DNA of 64,000 nt from Octopus sinensis. Taxonomy: Eukaryota. The stretch lies in NCBI RefSeq assembly GCF_006345805.1, contig NC_043004.1, forward strand, positions 15,252,001-15,316,000, written 5' to 3'. How positions within the stretch are numbered: the stretch's first letter is position 1; every line of letters begins with the position of its first letter. The notes beneath the pieces are model-generated. The model saw only the letters and a list, made by a program, of their open reading frames with translations, had not been told where the DNA came from and searched no databases. A program made the translations under genes and the position numbers. Shown here piece by piece: positions 1 through 14,479 of the stretch.

Positions 1-1212
1 AACATGTGTCTACTGGAATGAGGATAATTAAGATCTGAATAACAATATCGAAGTCAAAACATAGTTTCTTGTTAATATCTTACAGGGATATGATTTTAGG
101 TGCAGGCATGGCTGCGTGGTTAAGAAACTTGCATTTCAACCAGAGTTTCTATAACCCTGGGCCATGGGGGGATTTAGGACACATAGACTGTTCGAATGTA
201 TATACGCATGCAAAGACACACACGAACACACGCACACACAAACAAACACACATACACACACGCTCATAAATATATATCAGATTTTGGATTGTTTATAGCA
301 TGCAGGCTCCAAAATCTGGCTTAGAGTCGTATTTAATCCTCGCACAGTCTATGTCTTTGTTTCTCTGTCATCTATATATTCTACCATTAAATCATATTTT
401 CTTAATAAATTTGCATTCATCTTGTAGCTAGGTTTCATAAATATACGGAATAAAAACTAAATATTACCTAATCAGAAATCTCGAAATGTGACTATCAGAA
501 TGAATTTATCTTCCGATTGATATTTGTGTTAGAAAGTTGATCTATACTCCATGTTTTGTCTTTGTTCACAGAGAATTGACGTCACTGACAACTCGCTGAA
601 AAATAGCATTTAATTAATATAGTATTTATGATGTGTGCTATCTTACAGTAGCTGAGTGTTAATGCCTTGACAACGACATTAGATGATTTTGCTAGTTGGA
701 GCATCGACAGAAAAAAAAAAGATTAAACAGTTTTTTCCTTGCAAGCATTTGATCAGAGATTTTGTGTATGGAATATCTATAGGATGCAATCACATATTTA
801 TTGACCGAGTTTTTAATATCTTCATAAATATACTAATTGGTACAGTTGCAGATACAAATAGAATTGGAGATAGAGCAATGAAGCATTAAATGATTGATTT
901 TTATATATTCTAATACTGTAGAACATATAATCGCATATTTCAAGTAAATGATGTTTTTAGTATAATATTCCACACCATTCTCTGATCAAAGTAGAATGCG
1001 CGTTAAAACCTTTCGATTCTGGCACTAAGCTTCATAGAACTCTTCCATATTTCCTATGGTTTAGTCCTACATATATTAACGACAGTACTTTGTAAGAAAT
1101 TTCAATGACCTCAGTATATTTGATCTTCTCTTATAATTATTCAGTCTGAATGTATCTATTCTCAGTGACCCAATGTTTCAGTGACCTAAGGGTATGTCAG
1201 GCTTATATGTGA

Positions 1213-1256
1213 ATATATACATGTGTATATATATATGCATATATATGCATATATAT

Positions 1257-1317
<61 letters not shown>

Positions 1318-1370
1318 ATATATACGTATATATATATACATGCATGTACATGTATGTATATATATATATA

Positions 1371-1435
<65 letters not shown>

Positions 1436-1662
1436 ATACGTATATATATATACATGTATGTTTATGTATATATACATATATATGTGTGTGTATGTATGTA
1501 TATATGTATGTATATATATATGGATATATGTATGTGTGTCTGTTTGTGCGTGTGTTTTGTAAGTATACATATATGCATATATTTGAACGCATATATATGT
1601 ACATATAGATATAACGCACGTGTCGCATGCACGTACGCACACACACACGCACACACACACAT
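1213..1662. repeat. Compound (TA)n/(TG)n/(TATG)n/(CA)n microsatellite block
   Basis: Directly visible repeat runs. Explains the overlapping YI/CV/HT ORFs at 1178-1660. Confidence 0.95.
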
Positions 1663-1664
1663 AC

Positions 1665-1935
1665 GGTCAGAAGAAGTGACAGAGATATCCGTTATCATAG
1701 TTTCTCTGTTGAGCTTTGTGTTGTGGACAAGTCTATTTATTCTAATAGCTTCAATCTTCGAATCGCTGCTCTCTGGTGCTCTGCTACAACCGTTGTCTTT
1801 TAATCTAACCGACAATATTCATTCTGTAAGGCTTCCAGAAACGACATGTTTGGAATACGTAGGGGCTCTCTTATTCAGTGTTTGCGAACGTTTTCGCTAC
1901 TGTGGTGGTTGCAAGCGTTGTTTGAGACAAAAAGA
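1665..1935 (-). pseudogene. Possible decayed C-terminus of a Penelope-type GIY-YIG endonuclease
   Basis: Minus-strand frame gives ...[20 protein letters not shown]..., resembling the E-A-x-x-I...L-N end of the Penelope GIY-YIG domain. Runs directly into a microsatellite. No GIY/YIG motif recovered. Confidence 0.3.
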
Positions 1936-3638
1936 TGTAGAAACTTAACTTGTCTCTGCTGCAAACATTTAAATAAAGCAACTACGCCTTGTATTTGGCT
2001 TGAAAGAAACGTATTTCACTTCTAGCCATCCATAACTCGCATTAATACTGTTTGCCTTATACAAGAAGGTATGTTACCAGGGTGTAGAATTTATGAATCT
2101 TTTACATACCTTGATTTCTACTCAAATGCGTAAATATCTAAATAAGCAAGAGGAAAATATTCTAGTTAGTTTTAGAAAATACCCTTAAATATGAGAGTAG
2201 CAAGTCCAGCTACCACCATCGACAAGGCTTACATGTATTTGATAAATAGCGTGAGCTCGTTAAAAATATGCTGTAATTTTTCTAGATTTACACGTTATCT
2301 AATGTTTAAGTTTTAAAACGGCTTTTTAAATATGGGCTTTATACGAACACTTTCTTTGAGAAACCATTTATCGATGACACCAGTTTCGTGTAAATATGGT
2401 GAAGAAGAAATAATTCAGAATCTTCTGGGAATTTACAAATTTGTCATTTATAACATTGAGAGAATTAAAATAAAATCTTTAAAAGCATTTTGAAAAATTG
2501 TTTTATGTATGGATCGCTTTAAAATTTCCTAGTTTAAAACGTATTGTTGAGAGAATTTGAATGTTGATGGCTTTTAGTATCTCCAAGAGAATGGAAAGAT
2601 GCAGAAAGAGGATAAAGGAATTTTAAATTATCGGATGATGGTAAATGTGAAATAAATTCTAAAATGGAACGTATAACAGCATTAGTCTTATTGTGCAGTA
2701 ATTTTCCATATGGTAATGCCATGTAATATATTCATTAAGATGATTGATATTTTGAAACACATAGTTGCTTGCTTTTAGTGGTTTCAATAATTTTAATTGA
2801 AGAAAAGATATTTCAAATGTTTTTCCTTCTCTGATTGGAATATATTAAATTATAAGAACAAAAGCTCTAGTGTCAGATTTTTACATTTTATTAATTAATA
2901 ATAAATTCAGATATTCTTGTCTGGTCCTGTTATATGTTAGCCACGCGTTTTATTTTAATTATTTTTTTGTATTTGAAGACATAACTAAAGTGAAGGTACT
3001 CTAATGCATTAGAGATAAACTTTATATTTCTAAAAGTTACAGAGGTAAACACAATATATATGCAGACTCTGTTAAATACCAATTCAAAACCCAGGAACTG
3101 TTTAATTTTCAGCTCTAAATTATTTTGCAATAGACGAATATGTTCTGATGTTGATCGATATCATAAATTAAATTTGAAATCGGTTTATTGGAAATTGGAG
3201 ACAGAACATTGCCTGTCAAACAATTGAGTGATACTGTGTTAGAATTCATTCAGTTGATAAATAGGTAAAAAATGTTGTAAGGGATGTATTTAATAAATTA
3301 TATGATATGCATCATCCTTACCATCTTCACAAATCTCAAAATCTCCAGATATATATCCTTTATTGAAAATATATTGATCTCATTATCGTTACCATTCTAC
3401 TGCTAGTTTTTGTTGGTGTTGATGAAAGTGTTGTGAAAAATGTTAAGGTTGATGATCTCCCACTACTGACGATAATTTTATCCATCTTTATATCTGAAGG
3501 TAAGCCGTGGTTGATTCTATAAGTTTTCGAAATATTCAGTGACAATGACAATGAATCTAGCAGAATTAAATCAATGTTTGCTTTACTCGTACAAATTTAT
3601 TGTTCTATATCAATGTCTTTCTTGTTGATGTTTCTTGT

Positions 3639-3899
3639 GATAGAGGCCGTCGCCCATTGCGCTACAATTAGTACAATATTTACTCATATCTTCCTATATT
3701 CTTACTTCATATTCTTTATATGCCATACTGTTAAGATATCACACTAAGTGCAGATCGACCATATATATGTGTGTGTGTATGGTCGATCTGCGACTCCTGT
3801 GATATGGTAAGTGTATGGCATATAAAAAATTTGAAGTGAGAATATAGAAAGATATGAGTAAATATTTTACTAATTGTAGTGCAATGGGTGACGTCTATC
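3639..3899. repeat. Long fold-back inverted repeat (~120-bp arms) around a short (TA)/(TG) loop
   Basis: gtcgcccattgcgctacaattagtacaatatttactcatatc...gcagatcgaccata pairs with tatggtcgatctgc...gatatgagtaaatattttactaattgtagtgcaatgggtgac, with scattered mismatches. Confidence 0.92.
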
Positions 3900-6210
3900 C
3901 CAAGTATATACAGGGGGAGGTGTAGTTAGCCATGGTAAGAATTAAAGCGAGATTGCTAATAATAAGCGATCATTGACACTCTGTACTACTTGAAACAGTT
4001 AGCCATAACCTGGAATATATTTGAGAGCTACCGCGATACCCTACCTGAATAACTTTATGTCTTTACATTCGCATTATATAGATATAATGAGCAAAAAGTA
4101 TTTTGATATTTGTAAATGTAAATGGAGACAAAAGTTAAATGCAATCTGAATATCGCTTTAAACTGTGTCACTATGTTATGAGCAAATGTTTATAATGTAA
4201 CGGACGCAATCATTTATCTTGAAAATTCTCAGAGAATGAAATCAATCAAGAACCATCGACAACAAGTTCTTTAATTCCGTAATGCTTCTAGTTGGTAAGA
4301 TTTAATGTTGTAGCTGTGGATAGAATAACACATTTTACAATATATCTTGTTCTGTATGAAATGTATAAATTTCATAGTTTAATCTATGCCGAAATAAAAC
4401 CTTTGAAATATACTAATATTCAACTATTATTCATAGATGTACGAGAACCTGGTAAGCAAACAGATTACTAAAATATATTAGATCACTTATATATATGAGA
4501 AAAACATTTAATTTTTAATAGCAAATTTCATTCTCTAATTTCTAAATCTTCTCAATTATTTAGACTCAGTCTTAAGGGTTGTCACTATATTTACGTAGTG
4601 AGACACTTGTGATTTATTAATCCGTAAATATGGACAGGATATAAAAACTGCCTGCTACTGTTCCGTGGCTGCATTACTCGTTCCGGATAAACTATAAAAG
4701 CTCTCCGATTCCGTTTCCGTCACCGAGTAAACCCAGATATATGGATAGTGATGGAACTGTACATGTTTTCCACTGTCCAATCATTATCACCATGTATAGT
4801 TTTATTTGCCACTTTATGCTTCTGAGCAAACGTTTCTAGCATATGTTTATTTTCTCCTCTCATAATTAAATACGAACTGAGCCCAAATTTCCACCGTTTC
4901 GTTATACTTTGGTGTATCAAGATGATTGAAGTGAAATGAACAATGTTTAAGAGTTTCGATTCTATGAATATTCATTCGAAAGATAATTTAAATTATGACG
5001 CCAGCATTTATTTGTGTATTCACAGAGCAATATCTTCCAATAGTCGCAAACCAAGCTGAATTCTATAATTATCTGACATGGTAAATGAAGTTTGGAAGGA
5101 ATTTGCATCTGTATGTAGTAACGGAAAATCACCGAATCTCGAAATATTATATATTCAATATAGCGCAGTTCTTTCAAATTGCTCTGGTTTTTCCACGTCT
5201 AAAAACGCTTCCAAGAACCAGTAGAGTAATATGTAAATAGTTTTCAGATATTATGAAGAAAAAAAAGTATTTTGAATGTTCAGCTATAATGGTGCTTGAT
5301 ATGGATTCACTGACTTACTCCTAGCAACAGCGGACAAACAGTAGTAATATATGGAGAAATAAAGAAATGTTATAGTAGAAAATATCAATTTATTGTGAAA
5401 ACATTTTAATGCAATAGTTAAATTGTATTAGGCATTCAGTCTACGATTTAGTATTTTGCAAACCTCGTCCTGTTACCCATACTCTCATCTTCTGTCTATG
5501 TATGCTTCTACAGTATTACGTAGCTGCACAATGTGCTTGCAGTGCTTTTGCTTTTATTGAAATTGATGGTGTAAGAGTTAGTACCGAAGATTTTGTTAAT
5601 AAATCAAGGAATTTTCAATAGAAAAGTTTGGTCTTTCTTCAAAACTTCTAAACTAACGCTATGTCACTGACATTTTACTGAGTGCAGTCATTACACTGAA
5701 AACTTTATATTATAATTAAAGACACATTTCCACAGACTCGAGAGTTTGAAATTTTCCTCAAAATAATGACTTCCTTTTTCCGTTTCGCCTGCAAATGTTA
5801 ATGTATTTCATTTAACCAATGAATATATACAGAATCTGTCATAGAAACTTTTCCACTATATATTACTTTGTCTCTTCACTGTCAACATTTCAAGATAATA
5901 ACTAGGTACATGTTAATTATTATTTAATCCCACCAATTAGCGTTATTCATTTCATATTAAATTCGTATAGTCATAAAGTGATCGGCAGGTGTAATAAACC
6001 ATAATTGATTAATGTTTATAATCAAAGACAAAGAGTTGAATAAAAATATTGAAACATTGACGAATAATTCAGAATTCTCTTGTCATATATGTCAGTCATA
6101 TCTGATTAAGAATATTTTATAATTTTGGAAGTAACAATTATCTCAAATATGAAATGCCGGCTTCACTTCAAACTGAAGACAATTTTGATGTAACACATTA
6201 TATTTTACAA

Positions 6211-6395
6211 GTATGGAAGGCGGTGAGCTCGCAGAATCGTTAGAATGCGGCATTTCTTCAGGTTTAACGTCCAGAGTTCAAATACCACTGAGGTCGACTT
6301 CACCTTTCTTCATTTCGGAGTCGGTAAAATAAGTTGCAGTTGAACACTGCCCTCCCATGAAATTTCAAGTCATCTACTTGTGTATGGCAAAATCG
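6211..6395 (+). mobile_element. tRNA-headed SINE (family A), internally deleted, with 14-bp TSD
   Basis: Head aaggcggtgagctcgcagaatcgttag, B-box-like gagttcaaatacc, central gaggtcgacttcacctttc...ggtaaaataagt. Flanked by attatattttacaa at 6197-6210 and 6396-6409. Confidence 0.85.
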
Positions 6396-6504
6396 ATTAT
6401 ATTTTACAAATATTGTAAAGTTTGAACATATAATGCATCTTCATATATATCAACAGCAGCAACAATATCTATAAAACTGAACATTGCATTACAAGTTCTA
6501 GATC

Positions 6505-6737
6505 TCATTGAGCTGGTTACCCGATTTCCTTTCTATATGAGTAACCGAGATCAAGACATTTCCCCTGCACGGAACGCCAGTCTACTTAGGGTTGTTTATT
6601 TCCAGCTGAGAAGTCAGGAACAACGTCGAATGAAGTATATTTCCCAAGCAAATACGAAGCAGCTGTTACAGGAACAAGCTGGTACAGAATCCGGGACAGT
6701 AATGTATGAGTGCCACGACCTATCCACTAGTCTATGT
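6505..6737 (-). mobile_element. Degenerate SINE-like repeat (family D)
   Basis: cccctgcacggaacgccagtc...cagctgagaagtcaggaacaacgtcgaatgaagtatatttcccaag resembles a CORE-type SINE body I recall. No second clear copy in the window. Confidence 0.4.
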
Positions 6738-8676
6738 TTTGTCACTGCAAATGGAAGCGAAAGGAAACTTAAACTTTTGTTAGTTTTGCAAAATTAACAT
6801 TGACGCATACAGTTGTTTATACAGAGAATACCCACGTGCAACACTATGAATATGTTTATATTAACTACGGCAAAAATGAACTACAGAGTAAGTAAATATG
6901 CCGATGTGGGTACAGTGGATATTAATAAATGAAACAAAAACAGAATACTTTAACTTAGATACCACATGCCTTTTTGCAGGCTTGATTCAATTATCCTTAT
7001 GAACGTAATTCTTGAAGCGTTATCCAATAAAATGATATTTAAATTATTTAAGTACTTCTGAGATTGCTGCCTTTTATTGCAACATTCATTCATACAAATA
7101 GGAGAAAATAATGGCCGATGTTTGACAGTTACGTCAAAATAATTGTTGATTCAGAAGAATATTTCATAATATATTGCAATTATTATTATTTCATACTCTG
7201 GCAATCCAAAATAATTAACGAGATTTCGATATTTCATTTAATAAGGAAACATTTGTGAACTATGTTCGATGATATCTTTTTTTTATTTCATATTCTCTTC
7301 AGATATTTAATATCAGAAGCTAGTTTTCGTGTGATAGGCGTGGATACCGTATGTACAATTTAATTTTCACCCAACATCTAGCATATAGTACCAAGCCAAG
7401 TTATTCGAATATAGAAATCAATTTTAGTCGATTTTCGAAGTTCAAAACTCAGGCCAGGGAATCGAATTTCTATATGCATATACAGTTTAAATTCGACACC
7501 ATATCATTTAACTAACAAATATAAAACGTATAAAGTATATATAATATGAATATTAGACAAACAAAAAATGAAATGTCGTTTATGAGATGGTTGTTTTTGG
7601 TTTATATCTTTAAGCTGAAAATCTCAGATTAAAATTACTATAACATTATGTGACATTTAGAGAATATTTTTGAAGATTGAATTAAAATTATGCAAAAGTT
7701 GTTCATTTGTAAACTACTTAACTTTTCGAAAGGTCAAACTTTTATGATACGAATTCGAAGAGTCAATATTGATTTGATTTTGGTATGGATGAAATTATGA
7801 TAAAAAGATAATACAACTGATTATTTATATAATGTCGAATTATAGTAAAGTTTCATTTTACATTATGTAAATGTAAAGCAGATAAAAATGTGTAATTTAT
7901 AACAGGCAGCATTGTATTCATTTTCCTTTGTTCGAATTGAAGCAAAAGTGTGTTCGTTTAAGATATATCTCATAACTGCCCACGTGTGCAATGTGCACAT
8001 TGTAAAGTGGAAGGTCACGTGGAAAGTTTAAGTGATTAAATTAATTAATACAATAATTTCATCTAAATACTAAACGCATCCAATCATGCATGCATACATG
8101 ACCCTCTCTCTCCCTCCTTTTTCTCTGTCTCACATTCTATGTATGTATACACATGTAAACATACGTCCACACAAACGTATTGAAACATGTATACAAACAT
8201 ACATAGGCAAATACACACATGCACACACACACATTCATACACACATACACATAGACACAAACACACTCACCCATGAGGAGTATATTAGGTATTCTGGTGT
8301 TCATTGTTTTCACTATGCGTGCCAGCTGTGATACTTTGACAGTAATATAGAAATTAGTGAAGCATAATTTTATTTTTTATACTTTTCGTCCCATGTAGAT
8401 TTCAATCCAAATGAAAGCGGGACAAAAATTACATATTAATACCATTTTCCTAATGCTATCTAGTTCGTCTACAAGCTAAATGATGGATCCTGTCGTGAAT
8501 TCAATTTGCAAAGAAAGGACATGCATGTCTCGAGATCTATATACAACGGGTTCACGATTTCAGCTTGCACAAATAATCTGACCTGTTACAGTCTTTCCTT
8601 TATGTATATTGATTTATATTTATATTAACTTAATAATTACTGATTGACCAGTTTCTACTATTTATGACTCAGATTA

Positions 8677-8923
8677 TGTCGGAATATCTCGCGTTTGGAA
8701 GATATATGTCTAGATATAATATTTTTGTGAAATTGGTTAGTAATTACTTCCTTAGTCTGATTGTTATCTGTTATTGTTTCATCGCCAATTGTTATGACTT
8801 TACATTTTTTACAGTATGACCGTGTAGTAACAATAAACATATAACGAAGCAGGGTAACAACAACATAACAATCCAACAAACTTTCTACGAGTTATACACC
8901 AGCCAAGAGACGATATTCCGACA
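8677..8923. repeat. Old, diverged fold-back inverted repeat
   Basis: 12-bp perfect outer ends tgtcggaatatc / gatattccgaca plus inner match gttatctgttattgtt vs aacaataaacatataac. Confidence 0.5.
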
Positions 8924-9057
8924 AACTACAAAAACGATACCTTACGACTTCCTGTGATTAACGCCTACTCACTACCATCTCCCTCATACCGCTAATATTT
9001 ATGGTTGTTTGGTCAGTCTATTCTAGCAGGATGCCGTGACTCTCGCCATGACAGTCA

Positions 9058-9111
<54 letters not shown>

Positions 9112-9215
9112 CTTATTACCTACCTACTAACCTACCTACCCGCCTCCCTACCAACCTACCTACATAGCTATCTGCATATCTATCTATCTATCAACGTTTC
9201 TACATACCTATCTGC
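9058..9215. repeat. (TATC)n followed by degenerate (CTAC)n microsatellite
   Basis: Direct. Confidence 0.95.
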
Positions 9216-11333
9216 CAACCTCTTTATCTTATCTAACCATTTATCAATCTAACAGTCTATTTATATATTACCCATTCATTTTTTTCTCTGATTGGTTGTG
9301 TATCTGTTCACACACATACATGCACCTATATACACATACATATGCATATATACACATATGTATGTTTGTGTATGTGCACGTGTTTGTACGTATTCATGGA
9401 TATTTATATACATGTGTCTCTGTCTTCTGTTCATTCTAATGAAAAGCATCTCTGTTTTGTAAATTTTGGCATGTGCAATTCTGTTCGACATTTTGTGAAT
9501 ATATTTTGAATTTATATTATCATTTTTTATTTCTGTTTCCCCATCGTACGAAAACGTGTTCAAAGCAAACGACACTTTACAATTAGTTTCCGTTTCTAAT
9601 TTTACTGATTGCGATATCAATGTTGTACGTAGGAAGAAACATAAATGAAATGACTGGTAAGGTATGCAGTAAGCTAAATTTCTGAAGACATGAGATCATT
9701 AATAAAAACATATACCGTATTTCCTACACAGAAGTCTAATTTTTCAGACCAAAATAAGTTTAGAACCAGCAACGTTGCGTTGACTTATACACGAAGATGA
9801 ATTTGAAGCACCAAAAATTCCATGTCAAATGTAACAGAATTTCGAAAGAATATAATGATTTTAGAATGTTTACACTCTATACAACGGCAACTTCTATGCC
9901 AGAAAATACGGTACAAAGAAGTAGTACAAAGGAGGAAGATGAAATAAATGATGAAAGAAATGAAATGACTTCTTTATACAATAGTCAAAGAAAAGACTAG
10001 CCAACGCCTGTTAAATACTCATAGTTCTTCCTAGACTGCTTAGATGTACGATCGCTTGAATAGAATGAATTAATTTCACAGGAAAGACGGATCTAACTAT
10101 ATTCTTTTCATATGAGTTCTGAGAATGAATAAACGAGAAAAGGGAGAAGAATCGATTGGAGGAGAGTAGTCATATCAGTTCTCAAAGCTTAACCAAAATT
10201 TGTATCACTGACGTAAAGAAACAACAAGAAAATATTCACATTATTATGCACGTATCTCAATAATGTCTCTGCATATTGCATATCCACTCACAAATAGAAA
10301 ATTAATAAAATGAAATCAAAGTTTCCCTCAAAGGTAAAAGAATTTTGATAGGTATAGTGATAAAAGCTCAAAGATTGTGGCTGCCACCAGCTATTCGATG
10401 TTTAGTTATACGAGTAACGATGAGAACACATTTACAATTTATTGGTATTCATATAAGAATAATTGATGCATTTGTTTTCTAATTGTACATTGTCCACTTG
10501 TTCGTGAAATAGACAATGACTCGTACACATCATTTTTCCTTTACATTAAATATTGTATTTCATAGATTTAAAAGCAGTTTGCTTTGTTCGACACAACATC
10601 CGATCATTGATTGCTGTTATAACATTTAATTAATTGAATTAACAAGATATCTACAATGTGCTGTATTAATTAGATATTTGAAAATGATCACTTAATTGTA
10701 TTTTGTTCGGAAAAACAAAACACATAGCCCGTTGTCATCGCAATTGTTATGCACACAATTTAAGCACAACATTACATTTTCGACAATGCCGTTTTGCGTT
10801 TTATTACAATTATACTGCTGTGTATTTTCTATATAGATCTATTAAGCAACATGTACATGCCATCTTCTTTAGCTCAATATTGCATCTGTAACTAAAGCTG
10901 AAAATAATCAATTGCCAACATTTATGCTTCTATTTAACGAAGAATCGTATGCTAATCAAGAATTCATCCTTCATTATATGTACATTTTGAATCTGGTTGG
11001 TTCACGGAATCAATGCATTTGATTACAGAGGTCAACTCGATTAGATTTTAAGTGGCGTTCAACATTAGTAAAAACCTGACCTCTAAACTATAATTGTACT
11101 AATTATTCTGAGTTCAGGTGCATAAATTGAATAACTTTGTGTGTAAAATATTTTACTAAAAAGGTACCTTAGACAGTATCGGTAACTTACACCACAATAT
11201 TATATTACTCGTCATGTATTCTGCGATATTTTAACTCTTAATTTTAGGAAATAGCTGTAAGTTTAAATATCATACACACGCGTCAGCGCAGCCACGCGTA
11301 CGTACATACATGCGCATAGAGAAGCATAAATAC

Positions 11334-11336
<3 letters not shown>

Positions 11337-11398
<62 letters not shown>
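11337..11398. repeat. (TA)n microsatellite
   Basis: Direct. Confidence 0.95.
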
Positions 11399-11402
<4 letters not shown>

Positions 11403-11504
11403 CTACACATATACTCACTTATAGGTAAATACATAGATACATACGGTACAGTCACAGCTCATAAGCTGAAACAGGCTCAATTCAATACATATAAATATAC
11501 ATAT

Positions 11505-11672
11505 AGGCACATGGCCAGCAAATTTGGGTCAGGTTTAAGCCGATTACATTGATTCCAATGTAATTATTTCATCGATCCTGAAAGGATGAACACCAAAGTC
11601 TACCTCGGTTGGATTTGAACTCAGAACGTAAAGATGGACGAAATCCCGCTAGCAAATTTGTCTGACCTTCCC
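11505..11672 (-). mobile_element. SINE family A copy
   Basis: atcgatcctgaaaggatgaacaccaaagtctacctcggttggatttgaactcagaacgtaaagatggacgaaat matches the copies at 33028 and 63284. Confidence 0.85.
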
Positions 11673-12829
11673 ATTAATATTAATATGTAGATACGGCACG
11701 ATAATCGTTTCCTCATACTTTTTGAGCAACGGTTCTATCAGTCTATGAATACAAATTTTTTAAGATAATAGGTGTGTCTTCTGTTATCTTATTTGTTTGT
11801 TTGGCTGTTTGCTGTTTTTTCTAATCCCAGAATAGACGAAATCTATTAAATGATATCTGTTTATCTAAAATCATTTTGAAAAAAAAGTAATATTGTTATC
11901 TTTATTTCAAACTCTCTCTTTATTAGTATGCTATTTACTCACGTTTTTACATTGTAGATCGATAATCAACATGCTTTGATTATTCGTCCAGTGGTTTAAA
12001 TGTTATAATGTTATCGAGATTGGTTTCATGGAAAACAATATGATAAAAACAATCTGTCAAACAAACATATGTAGCAACAATAGTTGTTTTTGAATGCAAT
12101 ACAGATATCAGTCACTATATCCTATATCAGTCTGGCGAAATACATTTAACTAGTAATCACTGATATAGAAAGAAGCTTTGTTTTGCTTGATCCGTTAACT
12201 ATTTAGTTAGTAATAAGATAAATATTATCACGTCTGTGTAACAACATAGGTAGTTTACACATCATACGTAGCCTGGTATCACGTATACTACAAATTACTA
12301 TTGAAGAGAGCACTCGAAATACATCGCTATTGCAAATATATAGAAAATGTAAACTTCTCAGGTTGATATTGAAACTTGTCGAAGTTTGGTCGGAAAGCTT
12401 TCATGTACATACAGAAATATATTTGAGACATTCATATATATGAGAAATAACGAAATTTCCAGTAAGTATCAGAAAATATAATTTGATACTGCAATTCTGA
12501 TACCAATTTCAATTTCAATATAATAAAATGTATTATTTCATTGTAAACTTTCCCTGGGCTATCTTTTAATATTATTTACATTAATCGATGAAATATTTGA
12601 GAGGGATATTGCCACATTGATTATTTTGAAGTGACGTTCGTTGAAACACTGATGCAGCAAGACAGTATGTTATTACTCCTCGGTAGTTTTCAATAAAATA
12701 TGTTTCTCGTTAAAAATGCGTTGGTACAACATTAGTTGAAATGGCAAGGGCGTAATGAAAATCATATTGCGAAGAAAGCAAGGTTTTTTTCAATATTCAA
12801 ATTCAAAATAATTTTACTCACAAGGCTCC

Positions 12830-13036
12830 TAACTGACACAATAGTTTGCTCTTGGAACAAAATGCTTAGCGACATTTCCCCACGCTTTGAGGTGAAATGT
12901 CACCAAGGTCGTTTTTACTTTTCATTCTTTCCGAGTAGATGGAATAAGTACCAGTTCTGCACTTAGGGCGATGTAATCGACTAACTGCTCCACGAAGGTT
13001 TCAGGTCACGTAACTATTTTAGAAAGGATTATTATT
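12830..13036 (+). mobile_element. SINE family A copy (degenerate) with (ATT)n tail
   Basis: aaaatgcttagcgacatttc...ggaataagtaccagtt...gatgtaatcgactaac...gaaaggattattatt. Confidence 0.7.
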
Positions 13037-13359
13037 AGGTGTCAATCCCCATGCCACTGGAGGATGTGTGAGGTGCCCTATAGACGAAAGTGTCTGAGCG
13101 ACGAAATAGCCCACATGAGCAGTTGGAAGGCTTTTAAAAGTTACAGGTTGAATTGTGTAGTGGAGGCTGTGTGAGTGCACGTTAGCTTATGATGTAACGT
13201 TCAGTATCGGAAGCAGTAATATCTGAGTCGCTCACGTACGTAATATGAAAATTAAAGTGTTTTCGATGTCTATATAATATGATGTGGAGTTGGGTTCTTA
13301 AAAAACATCACCCCAATCAATTCTATAAATACGTGATTGAATTTATACATACATTCAAA

Positions 13360-13361
<2 letters not shown>

Positions 13362-13424
<63 letters not shown>

Positions 13425-13447
13425 TAGATAGATAGATACGTAGATAG
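13362..13447. repeat. (TA)n + (TAGA)n microsatellite
   Basis: Direct. Confidence 0.95.
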
Positions 13448-14479
13448 AAACATACATTTATACATATAACATACACAATCTAAAACACGCTTTTCCTGCA
13501 TTTGTGCCTTTATACCTGTAAACAGTTCGAACTTATTGCGAAAGGTTGGACCAAGATAGCTTATGTGTATTACAACTCCAATGATCGTCAATATTTTCAT
13601 CGAACGTTGGAGCTAACTCATCTCATAAATTCTTCTTTTAAATACTTCGATACATGCCTCTAGTAGACATGTGGGGACAATTTTCCATTTTAAAATCACC
13701 ATTCAATAAAGGTTACATACACACATACATACGTGAGCGTACATATATAGTTTTTCAGTAAGCGTTGGTGTGCAAATATTTACCCATAAATGTGATCATG
13801 CACACATATATGCATATGTATGCATATGTGTGTATATCTGCAGACATATACATATATACGCAATCATCCACACGCCCACACTCACACATAAATTATACAG
13901 ATTATAGAATTAAATCAACAAATTGCTTTTTAATCATTTTTTTTATTTTGAGAATATTTTTTTTTATTTTTCGTAAAATTTAACTCAATTCTTCGAATAT
14001 ATTATCGTTTTATGCAACGTTATGGAATAACACTGTATTTAATTTCTTGTTGGGATATTCAATCTGATAACCGGTTGTCTCAATCTACATGTAACTAATT
14101 CCATACCTTGCCTCGAGATAGAAAGATATAACAGATCAAGTTTAACCGAGGAAATATTATCGAAATATATCAAAGACATCAACTTCTTACTTACACGTAG
14201 AAATAACGTGTAAACTGTGTAAATGTATAACAAGAAATCAGAACGACAATGCCGCTATATTTCATCAGAACTTGCTTGGAGCATTCTACTTCAAGCCCAA
14301 AACTCATATTGTGTTCTAGATATGATATATTTAAAACGTAACGAGATTGTGATTATTGATTTTTATAATTATATCGTTCTCTGCCGGGTTATGATTTGAA
14401 ATAATTATGAGATAATCAGATATTTGCTGTAACTATAATATCGACTTATTCATAATTAGTTCAAAGAATGATTCCGTAT

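Noticed and set aside
1160-1205. Short repeat cagtgacc x2 with minus-strand CUGA...GAAA...UC
   Set aside because: Box and stems do not fit hammerhead geometry.
2280-5450. Non-repetitive stretches that look exon-like or like decayed coding sequence
   Set aside because: The frames I translated hit stops within about 50 codons and gave no recognisable motif or consistent splice pattern. Small host exons cannot be excluded without RNA-seq.
9691-9714. tgagatcatt, matching the bantam miRNA 5' end
   Set aside because: The rest of the mature sequence does not match and I see no precursor hairpin.
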